Shown here piece after piece: positions 29,881-39,592 of a stretch of 64,000 nt of DNA. The DNA is taken from positions 896,001 to 960,000 of the forward strand of contig OY776510.1 in the NCBI GenBank assembly GCA_963675665.1, in the 5' to 3' direction. Both the position numbers and the translations under genes were made by a program. The notes beneath the pieces were generated by a model that saw only the letters and a list, made by a program, of their open reading frames with translations, had not been told where the DNA came from and made no database searches. Each line of letters starts with the position of its first letter. The stretch's first letter is position 1. This DNA is from Spirochaetia bacterium. GTDB lineage: Bacteria > Spirochaetota > Spirochaetia > UBA9216.

Positions 29881-29990
29881 TAAGTAGAGAGTATAGGAAG
29901 CTGGACATGATTTTATTTTATCTAGGATTTGTAATGTGGTAAATTTACCAGATTAAAACATCTTTCTGTACCTGTATAAGAAAAACTAAC
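29881..29990 (-). repeat. Second copy of the element 5' end (180-bp offset direct repeat)
   Basis: Aligns to 29701-29810, including first codons MSSFLYSLL versus MFNFLCSLL. Confidence 0.85.
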
Positions 29991-30033
29991 CCACGACTTT
30001 TGGCGTTAATTTATTGTCAGTACGAGCATAAAA

Positions 30034-30363
30034 TTAATTCAATTCTTTGATTTTATGAATAATTTCAGGAATTGTTTTTGTTACTGTAATCCAGACTATT
30101 TCAGGATCAACAACGTCATATCCATGAATTAATCTATCTCTCATTCCTGCCATAGCTTTCCAGGGGATTTCTGGGTTAGTATCTCTCAGGCTATCGGGAA
30201 GACGTTTTGTGGCTTCTCCAATTACTTCAAGACAACGAATTACCGCAAATTGTGTTTTATCATCTGTCTTGAATGATTGTAAAGTCTGGTCTTTTATGAA
30301 ATCCTGAGAAAGTTCCATGGATTTCACAATATCATTCAAATAATCCGAGAATTCTTCTTTCAT
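30034..30363 (-). CDS. HepT-like HEPN toxin (DUF86)
   Basis: LEVIGEA, PEIPW..MAGMRDRLIHGY (RX4H plus Y). Confidence 0.92.
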   Translation of the reverse strand: MKEEFSDYLNDIVKSMELSQDFIKDQTLQSFKTDDKTQFAVIRCLEVIGEATKRLPDSLRDTNPEIPWKAMAGMRDRLIHGYDVVDPEIVWITVTKTIPEIIHKIKELN

Positions 30364-30656
30364 ATATACTGAACCTCTCGGAGAATGTGAGCTCCAATGG
30401 CAGGTTTTAAATCGGACTTAATTACTAAATCTACTTTTGTGTCCAATTCTTCAGAAAGCTGATTCTCTATCTCCAGCAACTCCAAGAGCCCTATAGTCGA
30501 AGGTCTTTTTATGTCTATCAGAATATCAATATCGCTTTTTGATGTTGCAGATCCTTTAATATAAGAACCGAAGATTCCGATCTCTAATATCCCATATTTT
30601 TCAAGTTGAGGTTTTTTGTGTGATAGATATGTTTTTATATCTGAAACATCTTTCAT
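30360..30656 (-). CDS. MntA-like minimal nucleotidyltransferase antitoxin
   Basis: IFGSY..G....SDIDILI, KVDLV; overlaps the HEPN gene start. Confidence 0.92.
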   Translation of the reverse strand: MKDVSDIKTYLSHKKPQLEKYGILEIGIFGSYIKGSATSKSDIDILIDIKRPSTIGLLELLEIENQLSEELDTKVDLVIKSDLKPAIGAHILREVQYI

Positions 30657-30859
30657 CTTTCTTTAACCTGCTATTAGAATAATATAGATCGGAAAAAAAA
30701 GGAATAACAAAAACCGCTATCGAATTTATCGACTATCGACGCCGATACCGACGCCTTTATTAGATAAACCCAGAAGGCTTATATGAAAAACTTACCACAT
30801 AAGCTCTTCTTATGCTGCTAAATACAGCACTATATGAACTACATAAGGACACAGACTGA

Positions 30860-30958
30860 GTTCAGGGTCTAGTGTCCGTGCGGACAACGTTAAACCCTAT
30901 TGTCTAACCCTAAAAGTTGCACCGAAGGTATGTGCTGGTTCGAGTCCTGTTCTGGGCA
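30860..30958 (+). pseudogene. 3' half of tRNA-Leu (attR-like) interrupted by a 46-bp insert
   Basis: GTTCAGGGTCTAGTGTCCGTGCGGA + insert + TGTGCTGGTTCGAGTCCTGTTCTGGGCA. Confidence 0.9.
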
Positions 30959-30963
30959 TCTTA

Positions 30964-30993
30964 ACTCCTTACAATGTAAGGAGTTGTTTTTTT
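30964..30993 (+). terminator. Terminator-like hairpin after the tRNA fragment
   Basis: AACTCCTTACA-a-TGTAAGGAGTT followed by a T run. Confidence 0.7.
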
Positions 30994-31163
30994 ATAAAAA
31001 CAGTGGTTTTTTAAAAGCTGGTTTTTATGCAAAAAAGTGCCTCAGAATAAAACTTCAGAATTCCCACTAATTGTATAGATGCAAATAATTAGGGGGAAAC
31101 ATGAAAAGTCTATATTGTTTAAAAAAACGAAAGCCTCAAACTGTCTGGTATTATAAGCTGCAG

Positions 31164-32259
31164 CACGTCCCGAAGTTTAATTCCGTCGATACAGATTTTA
31201 TGCACTGCTTTGAAATAGTGATGATGGATGCCTCCCAAAACAGATTCTTTCTGAATATTCCCGGTGGTTGAGATAATCTCTCCTGCCGGAATTCGTCCAA
31301 GTCCTTGATGCGGACGTTTTTCATTATAATAGGAAACATATTTCCTGATGATATTCCGAACTTGCTTCTCTGAAAAAAGCAAGAAGTGGTCCAAGGCCTC
31401 TCATCTGATACTGCCGATGACTCTTTTGGTATAGGCGATCATATTCGGAGCTGAGGTGCAGATATTAACTCACTTGATGTTGTACCAGCTGTATTCAATG
31501 GAGGTAAACTGAAGTGCATTATCTAAGATTAAAGTTTTATCCCCCGGAGTATCTTCTGTAAACAGCTCAATCCGTTTCTTGACAAACTCTCGACAAGGGT
31601 TCTCAGTTAAATCATACCGGATTATCCTTCTGGATTTTAGTTCAAGGATGATGAACAAGTAGAATCGTTTACTAAATAAAGTGTTAATCATGGCAAAGTC
31701 CATGCCGTATAAAGAATCCCAGTGGGTTTTCAGGAACCGAAGCCAGCTACCATTGGATTGAATCATTCCTTGCTTTCTAAAGGTCTGAATAATTTTATTT
31801 ACTGACGTATGATGAATATTGATGTTCAATTTCTTAAGCTCATCGGAGATTCTTCTGCATCCCCATAATGGATTGTCAGTTTTCATTTCCCGAATCAGCT
31901 TCTTGAGTTTGGCAGGTACTGGTTTCCACCCCCGTTTCTTGTGCTTAAAAGTCCATCGTTTTTTGATAAATCGGCTCTGCCATTTAAGGAGAGTTTCCGG
32001 TTTTACAATTGAAAGATGAGAAATAGCCCTTTTTGATAAAGATGCAATCAATGAGAGGCAGAAACGGTCGGTGTGATTAGAAGTTATCCTTTGCCCATGA
32101 AGGTTTAGATGCCTTTTCATTATCTCATTTTCTTTCTTAAGCAATAGTAAAGTGAAAATGACTTTAGGAGCTTTACAGTGAAGTTGAACATACTCTAATT
32201 ATCGGAAATATGGAAAAACACCCATTTATTCCATGGATGGAAAATATCTACACCACGCC
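31164..32259 (-). pseudogene. DDE (rve) element relic 2
   Basis: Homologous to relic 1; two in-frame TGA, catalytic Glu replaced (YTKRV), C-terminal frameshift. Confidence 0.85.
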
Positions 32260-32334
32260 CTTCGACACAGCACCGGTATTAAAAGATATTGCTGATGAGA
32301 TATGGGATAATATTAAACCTGAGCATTCAGCTGA

Positions 32335-33111
32335 TTAGACTGAAAATCTCCTGTTGAATACCTTAAGAGCCGCATAAAGTCCAGTTACTGCAAATCCCGC
32401 GCTGACGGCGAAACACAGCCAGGTAGGAATTGATGGAGCAGCGGCTGAAACGGTGCTTAACGACATCTGCCTAAGACCTGTTACCACATAGGTTGTGGGG
32501 TTTCCATATGCGCCGATTCTCATCCACACAGGCAGCGATGCCAGGGGGTATAGCGAGTTGCTCAGAAACAGCAGCGGCAGCTGCAGCAGAAATATCATCA
32601 TGTGGTAACCCTCTGAGCTGTCCGTCAGGGTTGCGACTGCCAGAGCGGCGCCGGTGAATCCTATTCCATAGCCGGTTATCAGAAGCAGCCCCCCGAGCCA
32701 TCCAACAGGGTTGGCGCTCATCTTCGCTCCCATCAGCAGCCCTACAAAGAGAATAATCAGTGACTGAATGAGTACTTTTGTTACTATGCTCAGGGCATGG
32801 CTGGACAGAATGCTCATTCTTGAAATTGGCGCCGCTTCATATTTTTTAACAATGCCGTTCAGGCGTTCACTCAGCCATGTAGATCCGCCTGCTATAGCCG
32901 CGCCGACTGCTGTGAGGGCAATAATACCGGGAATCATAAAGGTCATATATTCAGAGCCCGCCCCCGGAACTGATTTACCCATCATTCCTTTCATGCCGAC
33001 ACCGAAAAGAACCACCCACAAAACGGGTTGAATAAGCATCCCGAAAATTTCCTCAGGGTGTTTCAGCGTCTTATGCATGTATTTCCGCCATAAAATAATT
33101 GTTGCATTCAT
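32335..33111 (-). CDS. ABC-2 type exporter permease
   Basis: QPVLW..LFG, FMIPGI, YPL..LP.W, NP.TY. Confidence 0.9.
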   Translation of the reverse strand: MNATIILWRKYMHKTLKHPEEIFGMLIQPVLWVVLFGVGMKGMMGKSVPGAGSEYMTFMIPGIIALTAVGAAIAGGSTWLSERLNGIVKKYEAAPISRMSILSSHALSIVTKVLIQSLIILFVGLLMGAKMSANPVGWLGGLLLITGYGIGFTGAALAVATLTDSSEGYHMMIFLLQLPLLFLSNSLYPLASLPVWMRIGAYGNPTTYVVTGLRQMSLSTVSAAAPSIPTWLCFAVSAGFAVTGLYAALKVFNRRFSV

Positions 33112-33121
33112 AATTTATTCC

Positions 33122-34072
33122 TTATCTGTCCCGCAGCTGCCGGCCGGTGTGTTTAAGAAAGACATCTTCCAGAGTCGGTTTTGATACTGAGATATCTTCA
33201 ATTTTGTATCCGCATTCGAAAGCTTTTTTTACAACAAGCGCCAGTCTGCGGTTTCCTGAATCTACCCCTATCTGAACGATGTTGCCGGTTGAGTTAAAAC
33301 TCTCAACAAAAGAGAGCTCTTTGATGCTTCGTGAAAGATCCTCTATGTTTCCTGTCCCTGTTATTCTTATCCTGTCGGAGCCCATCTGTTCAATCAGTTC
33401 CGCCGGAGTTCCCTCAGTTATGATCTTTCCGTGGTCCATTATTCCCACTTTGTCGGCAACGGATTCCGCTTCGTCCATGTAATGGGTTGTAAGAAGAACA
33501 GTGATCCCGGTCGCTTTTCGGCGGGCTTTAATGTAGTCCCATATTTTAACCCGGTTCTGCGGATCCAGTCCCTGTGTCGGTTCGTCGAGGATCAGTATTT
33601 CAGGGCCGCTCAGCAGCCCGCGCGCCAGTTCCAGTCGTCTTTTCATTCCCCCGGAATAGGTTTTTGTGCTGCGATCCGCGGCTTCCTCAAGTTCAATGAT
33701 ATTCAGAAGCTCTTCAATCTTTTCCCGGCGCTCAGCTTTTTTCATCCCGTAGAGCTTTGCATGATAATCCAGGTTCTCACGGCCGGTGAAATCCGGATCC
33801 GTGACTATCTCCTGAAAGGTTATTCCTATTTTACGGCGGACAAGACCCGGATCTTTCAAAATATCATAACCGGCGACATTTGCTGTACCTGAACTGGGAC
33901 GCAGCAGGGTAGAGAGCATCGAGATCGTTGTAGTTTTACCTGCTCCGTTAGGCCCAAGCAGGGCAAAGACGGAATCTGCCGGTATTGATAGGCTGATACC
34001 GTCTACCGCCAGTGTTTCCTCTCCGAATCGCCTCGTCAGGTTTTTTAAAACTACTGATGGTTCCCGCTTCAC
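33122..34072 (-). CDS. DrrA-like ABC exporter ATPase
   Basis: GPNGAGKT, YSGGMKRR, LDEPT.GLDP, TTHYMDEA; GTG start overlaps the upstream stop. Confidence 0.92.
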   Translation of the reverse strand: MKREPSVVLKNLTRRFGEETLAVDGISLSIPADSVFALLGPNGAGKTTTISMLSTLLRPSSGTANVAGYDILKDPGLVRRKIGITFQEIVTDPDFTGRENLDYHAKLYGMKKAERREKIEELLNIIELEEAADRSTKTYSGGMKRRLELARGLLSGPEILILDEPTQGLDPQNRVKIWDYIKARRKATGITVLLTTHYMDEAESVADKVGIMDHGKIITEGTPAELIEQMGSDRIRITGTGNIEDLSRSIKELSFVESFNSTGNIVQIGVDSGNRRLALVVKKAFECGYKIEDISVSKPTLEDVFLKHTGRQLRDR

Positions 34073-35088
34073 TTTGAAGCTCCAACTGCGGTGACTTTGT
34101 CTATCCACGGCAGAACAATTTCAAGGAACTGCTCCGGTGATTCTTCATGAGGCAGATGACCTGTTTCAGGTATGAAGTGCAGCGTAGAATCAGGCAGCAT
34201 ATCATTCAGCTTCCGGGAATCTTCTGCCGGAACAACCTTGTCTTCTTCACCTGACACAATAAGAGCAGGAATATTTATTTCAGGAATCCGGCTCTCGAAA
34301 TCGAATGAAACCTCTGCCCATGCCTTCAGATACTGCCAGAGCGCGAAATCCCAGTTACGCACTTCCGTCATTATCATGGAGTCTTCCATCCTTTTGTCTG
34401 AGAAAACAGAAGGTTCGGCATAGCAGTTTTTGTAGAATGCTGTGCCTGAACCCATCGAGCGGGCAAACAGCGGACCTGCGTTGTTCATCTGCGGGCTGCC
34501 CACCAGCCAGCCGGGCATTGATTCGCTGACGAATACTGCGGGATCAACAAGTATCAGTCCGGCTACACGGTCTTTAAATTCAACAGCTGTCCGGACAGCC
34601 AGGGTTCCTCCGTAAGAAGAGCCTACAAGATATACCTGTTCAAGCTTCAGGGTATCAAGCAGGGCAATAAGCTGTGTCACGGCCGCCTCCTGCGTGTAGG
34701 GGTTTGCTTTGCTCCAGTCCTCTTCCGTCAGTTTTTCACTCAGGCCGTAGGGCGCCTGATCATAGGCGATGGTGCGTCCTTTAGCGGCAAATGCATCAAA
34801 AACCCTGTCCCAGCTGAAGAGATTGTACATTGAACCATGAAGCAGAATAAAAACAGGTTCGCCGGGATCTGAACTGCCCTTATCCATATAATGGATTTCT
34901 ATTCCGTCTGTACCTTCAAAAGGTACATTGATGAAAAGACTGTCAGATTTTTTGACATCTTCGGCAGCGGCCAGGCCCTCTATCGGATCAGGTGAAATTA
35001 ATAGAGGAATTATTGCTGCAGCTGCAACAATAAAAACAAAAATACCTGCTATGGTTAGCAATATTCTCTTAATAAGCTTCTTTTTCAT
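34069..35088 (-). CDS. Membrane-anchored alpha/beta hydrolase
   Basis: LLHG, GSSYGG nucleophile elbow, GEEDKVVP, GHLPHEE. Confidence 0.9.
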   Translation of the reverse strand: MKKKLIKRILLTIAGIFVFIVAAAAIIPLLISPDPIEGLAAAEDVKKSDSLFINVPFEGTDGIEIHYMDKGSSDPGEPVFILLHGSMYNLFSWDRVFDAFAAKGRTIAYDQAPYGLSEKLTEEDWSKANPYTQEAAVTQLIALLDTLKLEQVYLVGSSYGGTLAVRTAVEFKDRVAGLILVDPAVFVSESMPGWLVGSPQMNNAGPLFARSMGSGTAFYKNCYAEPSVFSDKRMEDSMIMTEVRNWDFALWQYLKAWAEVSFDFESRIPEINIPALIVSGEEDKVVPAEDSRKLNDMLPDSTLHFIPETGHLPHEESPEQFLEIVLPWIDKVTAVGASK

Positions 35089-35196
35089 ACCAATAATACT
35101 CCTATAACTGCTTTATAGCATCAAATGTAATATTAAATAATGCTTTTGTCAACTTAATAGCTTGTAAATTATGCTAAATAGCACTATTATTGTTTT

Positions 35197-35790
35197 ATGA
35201 GTGATCAAGCGCTTCAAATAGCAAAAGAACTGCTGACTTATCTGGAGAGTTTCCTGAAGCAGAAAGAAAATCAAAACGCTGAGGCAGAAAACCAGATTTA
35301 TGAATTCTGTCGGTGGATGGTAAATTCCTCTGAAAAGAAAGAAACAGGTGAAGAGCATGCCGGAACTGATATGACGGACATACTTATAGGCATGTATCTG
35401 GCAAACCTGGCGAATCTTCTGAAAAAAGAGCAGAATCGTTTTGTTTCAGAGACACCTTTCTCGTCCTTCATGGATTTTCAATTTCTTTTTCTTCTGAATG
35501 AGCACAGTGAAATGACAAAGTCGCAGCTTATTGCTGCAAACAATATGGAGATGTCATCAGGTATTGAAGTAATTAATCGTTTGAAGCGTTCCGGATGGAT
35601 ACATGAGAAGCAGAATCCTGACGATCGCCGTTCCAAACTGATCTATGTGACTGAGCAAGGAAAAGCAATTCTTGCCCAATACAGGGACAGCGGAATGGAA
35701 ATCTATAAATCCTACTCGGCAGATCTTGGTGAAGCTGAAAGATCAAATGTTTTGAACTCTCTTGAGCTTATAAGCAAACTAAACAGCTGA
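35197..35790 (+). CDS. MarR-family regulator
   Basis: INRL...GWI....PDDRRSKLI.VT..G; divergent from the hydrolase/ABC operon. Confidence 0.85.
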   Translation: MSDQALQIAKELLTYLESFLKQKENQNAEAENQIYEFCRWMVNSSEKKETGEEHAGTDMTDILIGMYLANLANLLKKEQNRFVSETPFSSFMDFQFLFLLNEHSEMTKSQLIAANNMEMSSGIEVINRLKRSGWIHEKQNPDDRRSKLIYVTEQGKAILAQYRDSGMEIYKSYSADLGEAERSNVLNSLELISKLNS

Positions 35791-35839
35791 TAGATATCCT
35801 ATATTTTAAATAAGGAGTATTTACGCGATCTCCTGGAAA

Positions 35840-36219
35840 CCCGTTCCGTAGTTTAATACTATCGGAGCAAATCTCATACACTGCTTCTATAATAATGATG
35901 GTGTAAACCTCCAGGGATTTGTTCCTTTTTGATGATTGTCAGGTGTCTGATTGCTCGTTTTGATATAGCAGATATGATTGTGAATAGGAACCGGTCGCTG
36001 CGTTTCATTAAATCCTGAATTTGCTTCTGGTTGAATTGTCGTTTATAAATCTGGTTTTCTTTTTTAAGAATAATCAGAGTTAAAATTAAATCTTTCCGGT
36101 TGGAGAATAATCTTTTTATCAGGGAATTGAGTAGCTGGAGAATGAAGGTGAACATATCTGATTATAACAGATTTTAATGTAGAAGATTTTCCACATTAGT
36201 CAAAAAGCTATAGCACGCG
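35840..36219 (-). mobile_element. Internally deleted 380-bp derivative (relic 3) of the DDE element
   Basis: Ends CCCGTTCCGTAGTTT / AAAGCTATAGCACGCG; 93-aa ORF joining the N-terminus to the terminal GGLHHHYYRSSV. Confidence 0.8.
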
Positions 36220-36307
36220 TCTTTTACTTTGTTGTTGCTGATGTAATTATTTTAAGATTGCTTTTTATACATATAAATAATACTATATGTATTAGGAGTG
36301 CCTAACC

Positions 36308-39300
36308 ATGAAAAAACAAGGGGTATTAGGAAAACTTACGGAATTAAGTATCAACAAATACAGGCTTATCTATCTTCTTATAGTAATCAGCATAATAATT
36401 GGGGTCTACAGCTATAACAGTCTGCCGAGAGAGTCCAAACCGGAAATAGTATTTCCGACAGTTAAGGTTTCTGTAAACTATTCGGGAGCAAGTCCGAAGG
36501 ATGTGGAGCAGCTTGTGACGAACAAGCTTGAATCTGTGCTTCTGAATCTTCCGGATCTCGAGTTTATTACATCGTCTTCTCTCGCGGGAAGAAGTGAAAT
36601 TCAGCTGGATTTTTATCCGGAAAGCAATCTTGAGGACAATTACGACAATGTTTCGCAGGCTGTAAATTCAATTCTTAAGGATTTACCCGTTGAGGCGGAG
36701 TTACCGTCTGTCCGGGTATCCACAACCGCCAACCGGGCTTTTCTTGTGTTAAGCCTCAGTGGAGATGTAGGGGCTGAAAGCCTGAGAGATGCCGCGCTGC
36801 TGCTTGAACGCCGGCTTCTTGCTCTGGACGGAGTAAAGGAAATACGGCTGTCGGGACTGTATAACGAGAGAATCAACATCAGTTATTCACCGGCTAAGCT
36901 TGCAGAGTACGGTTTAAGTTCAGATGATATTCTGCAGGCTGTAAGGCTGAATCATAAGGATACACCCGCGGGAGATGCTGTATTTGACGGCATGCAGTAC
37001 TATGTAAGGGTTCTGGGCGCTTTTAATACCGCAGATGAAATTAGCCGCATGCAGATTCAGCTACCCGACGGCGGGACGCGCTTTCTAAAAGATCTGGCTA
37101 CAGTTGAAGTAAGTCCAGTCTCATCGGGAACAGTTTCAAGAATGGCTGTCGGCCTGGGTACGCCCGGGGTTAAGATGCTTCCATCTGTTACGCTTTCACT
37201 TTATAGGGACGGAGGCTCGGACATTGTAGTCCCCAGCATGGATTCAAAGACGGTTATAAATGAGCTGACATCTTCCGGAAGTTTTAACGGAATAGATGTT
37301 CAGATTATTCAGGATGATGCGGAGATCGTTAAACGGGATCTCTCGGATGTTCTGGAGAACGCGCTCTCCGGTCTTCTGATAGTAGTCATTGTTCTCTATC
37401 TATTTCTGGGGCTGAGGGAAGCTTTGATTACCAGTCTCATAATACCCTTCTCTATGTTCATCAGTTTTATAGCGATGGATTTAACCGGAATGACCTTCAA
37501 CACAATGACGCTGCTTGCCATGATCATCGCGCTTGGTCTGCTTGTTGATAACGGTATTGTTATTGTTGAAAGTATTGTAGAGAAAAGGAGTCAGGGCCTA
37601 AAACCGGTGCAGGCGGTAAAAGCCGCTTCAATTGAGGTCGCCCCGTCTATCTTCGCGGCAACCCTGACAACAATGGCAGCATTTATTCCCCTGGCTATGA
37701 TGGAGGGGAGAATCGGAATGATCATCAGTGTTATTCCGCTGACCGTAATTTTTATAATCGGAAGTTCTTTATTTATTGCGCTGACAATTACCCCGGCCTT
37801 AAGTGCCCGATGGCTGAAAAACAAAAAAACTGTCTCTGAAGGTGAAGCAGAAAAGGCCTTCTCCTGGAAAAAGGAAATCTTTACAGATCTTCTGGTTTCC
37901 GTGCTTTTCAGTCTTGCGTTTATGACAGACCGCAGACCAGGCCTGCTGTCATTAATTACCGGTCTTCTGATGCTGGCATTTATGATATTTAAGACTTATT
38001 TTAAATATAAAAAAATTAATGCATTTAACAATATAGCTCTGCTGTATAAAAGGCTGCTTGATACTCTTTTATCAAAAAGACTGTGGAGAACACTGCTTCC
38101 GGGCGTAATGTTTGTAATGCTTGTTTTTGTCTTCTGGGGAATAGGCTCGGGATTAATTAAAATTGAGTTATTCCCGATAAAGGATGAAACTGCTCTGTAC
38201 GCAGTCATAACTGCACCGGAATACAGCACACTTGAAAACACCGACAGGCTTACACGTTTGGCTGAACAGAAGCTGCTGAATATCGATGGAGTTTCCAATA
38301 TGTACAGCGAAGTAGGCCTCACTTCAAGCCGTGATGCACAGATTGTGATGAACCTTCTTCCTCCAGGGGAACGGACATGGACTACCCAGAAGAAAATCCC
38401 GGAACTGATGAATTTATTGTCATCAATTCCCGGTGCGAAGATTACAGTCGGAACCCAGGCCGGAGGAAAGACGGCTAACAGCCCTGTACAGATCAAGGTT
38501 GCAGGTGAGGATTTTGACAATCTGAAGGCTGCTTCCGAAATGATTGCAGCAGAGCTTTCCGCCGTCAACGGAGTGCGGGGTGTAATCACAGACTGGGAAA
38601 GAGGCTTTCCAGAGATACAGATTATGCCGGCGGGGATTTATGCAGCCGAGACCGGGGCTGACGCAACACTTATAGGAACCCAGGTGAAATCATTTCTCAG
38701 CGGCCAGAGCGCAGGCACTATAATTACCAGGGGCGGAGATCAGGAGATTGTACTATCGGTTGATCCCAAACTTCTTGATTCTGTTGATGATTTGAATAAA
38801 ATTCTTATTCCGTTTAAAAACGGAGATTTTCTCCCTATTACCTCGGTCGCGGACATCGTTGTTTCTCAGGGTTACGGGACAATCCGCCACAGTCAGGGCG
38901 CACGGACCGTAACTGTAATGGCGCAGATGCTGCCTGACGCAAATATCATGGAGATTGTACAGGAATTTGAGACGATTCGCGGTGAGGGCTCCGGTTTACC
39001 GGAAGGAACTTCATTTACCTGGGCCGGAGATGCAGCTGATCTGGACTCATCATTCGGAAGTATGATAATTAACTTTGTTATCGCCCTGATAGTAGTATTT
39101 CTGATTCTTGCAATACAGTTTAATTCTTTCAGCCAGTCTATGGTTATTCTTCTGTCGGTGCCTATGTCGATAATAGGTGTGTTTGCCGGACTTTCCTTAA
39201 CAGGGAACAATTTCGGGCTTTATGCTTTTATGGGTGTAATTGCCCTGGTAGGAATAGTTGTAAACGATGCAATTGTTCTTGTTGATACCGTAAACAGACT

Positions 39301-39592
39301 CAGACAAAACGGAGAAAAAATAACCGATGCTCTTGCCGAGGCCGGTAAATCCAGGTTTGCTCCGGTTCTCGCCACCAGTCTTACTACAATCGGCGGAATG
39401 CTTCCGCTTGCCTTTAAAGACCAGAATTTTGCTCAGCTCAGTATATCGCTGATATCTGGCCTGATAGCCTCAACAGTGCTGACTCTTTTAATCCTGCCGC
39501 TGACTTTTTTCACTGTTGACAGAATCAAATCAAAAATCCAGCAGATAGTTCCAGTATTTGTTGATGAATCGGAGGAAGAAAATAATGAATAA
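36308..39592 (+). CDS. RND efflux permease (AcrB/AcrD/AcrF family)
   Basis: GASPKDVE, LGLLVDNGIVIVE, TLTTMAAFIP, GIVVNDAI, RFAPVLATSLTT. Confidence 0.93.
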   Translation: MKKQGVLGKLTELSINKYRLIYLLIVISIIIGVYSYNSLPRESKPEIVFPTVKVSVNYSGASPKDVEQLVTNKLESVLLNLPDLEFITSSSLAGRSEIQLDFYPESNLEDNYDNVSQAVNSILKDLPVEAELPSVRVSTTANRAFLVLSLSGDVGAESLRDAALLLERRLLALDGVKEIRLSGLYNERINISYSPAKLAEYGLSSDDILQAVRLNHKDTPAGDAVFDGMQYYVRVLGAFNTADEISRMQIQLPDGGTRFLKDLATVEVSPVSSGTVSRMAVGLGTPGVKMLPSVTLSLYRDGGSDIVVPSMDSKTVINELTSSGSFNGIDVQIIQDDAEIVKRDLSDVLENALSGLLIVVIVLYLFLGLREALITSLIIPFSMFISFIAMDLTGMTFNTMTLLAMIIALGLLVDNGIVIVESIVEKRSQGLKPVQAVKAASIEVAPSIFAATLTTMAAFIPLAMMEGRIGMIISVIPLTVIFIIGSSLFIALTITPALSARWLKNKKTVSEGEAEKAFSWKKEIFTDLLVSVLFSLAFMTDRRPGLLSLITGLLMLAFMIFKTYFKYKKINAFNNIALLYKRLLDTLLSKRLWRTLLPGVMFVMLVFVFWGIGSGLIKIELFPIKDETALYAVITAPEYSTLENTDRLTRLAEQKLLNIDGVSNMYSEVGLTSSRDAQIVMNLLPPGERTWTTQKKIPELMNLLSSIPGAKITVGTQAGGKTANSPVQIKVAGEDFDNLKAASEMIAAELSAVNGVRGVITDWERGFPEIQIMPAGIYAAETGADATLIGTQVKSFLSGQSAGTIITRGGDQEIVLSVDPKLLDSVDDLNKILIPFKNGDFLPITSVADIVVSQGYGTIRHSQGARTVTVMAQMLPDANIMEIVQEFETIRGEGSGLPEGTSFTWAGDAADLDSSFGSMIINFVIALIVVFLILAIQFNSFSQSMVILLSVPMSIIGVFAGLSLTGNNFGLYAFMGVIALVGIVVNDAIVLVDTVNRLRQNGEKITDALAEAGKSRFAPVLATSLTTIGGMLPLAFKDQNFAQLSISLISGLIASTVLTLLILPLTFFTVDRIKSKIQQIVPVFVDESEEENNE

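Noticed and set aside
30885-30930. Insert as a tRNA intron or telomere-like repeat (TAAACCC, TAACCC)
   Set aside because: The host fragment lacks the tRNA 5' half, the insert is far too short for a group I intron, and there are only two imperfect hexamers
31400-31472. Recoded TGA (Sec or Trp) in relic 2
   Set aside because: The stops fall at Gly/Arg-like positions alongside a lost catalytic Glu and a frameshift, which fits ordinary decay
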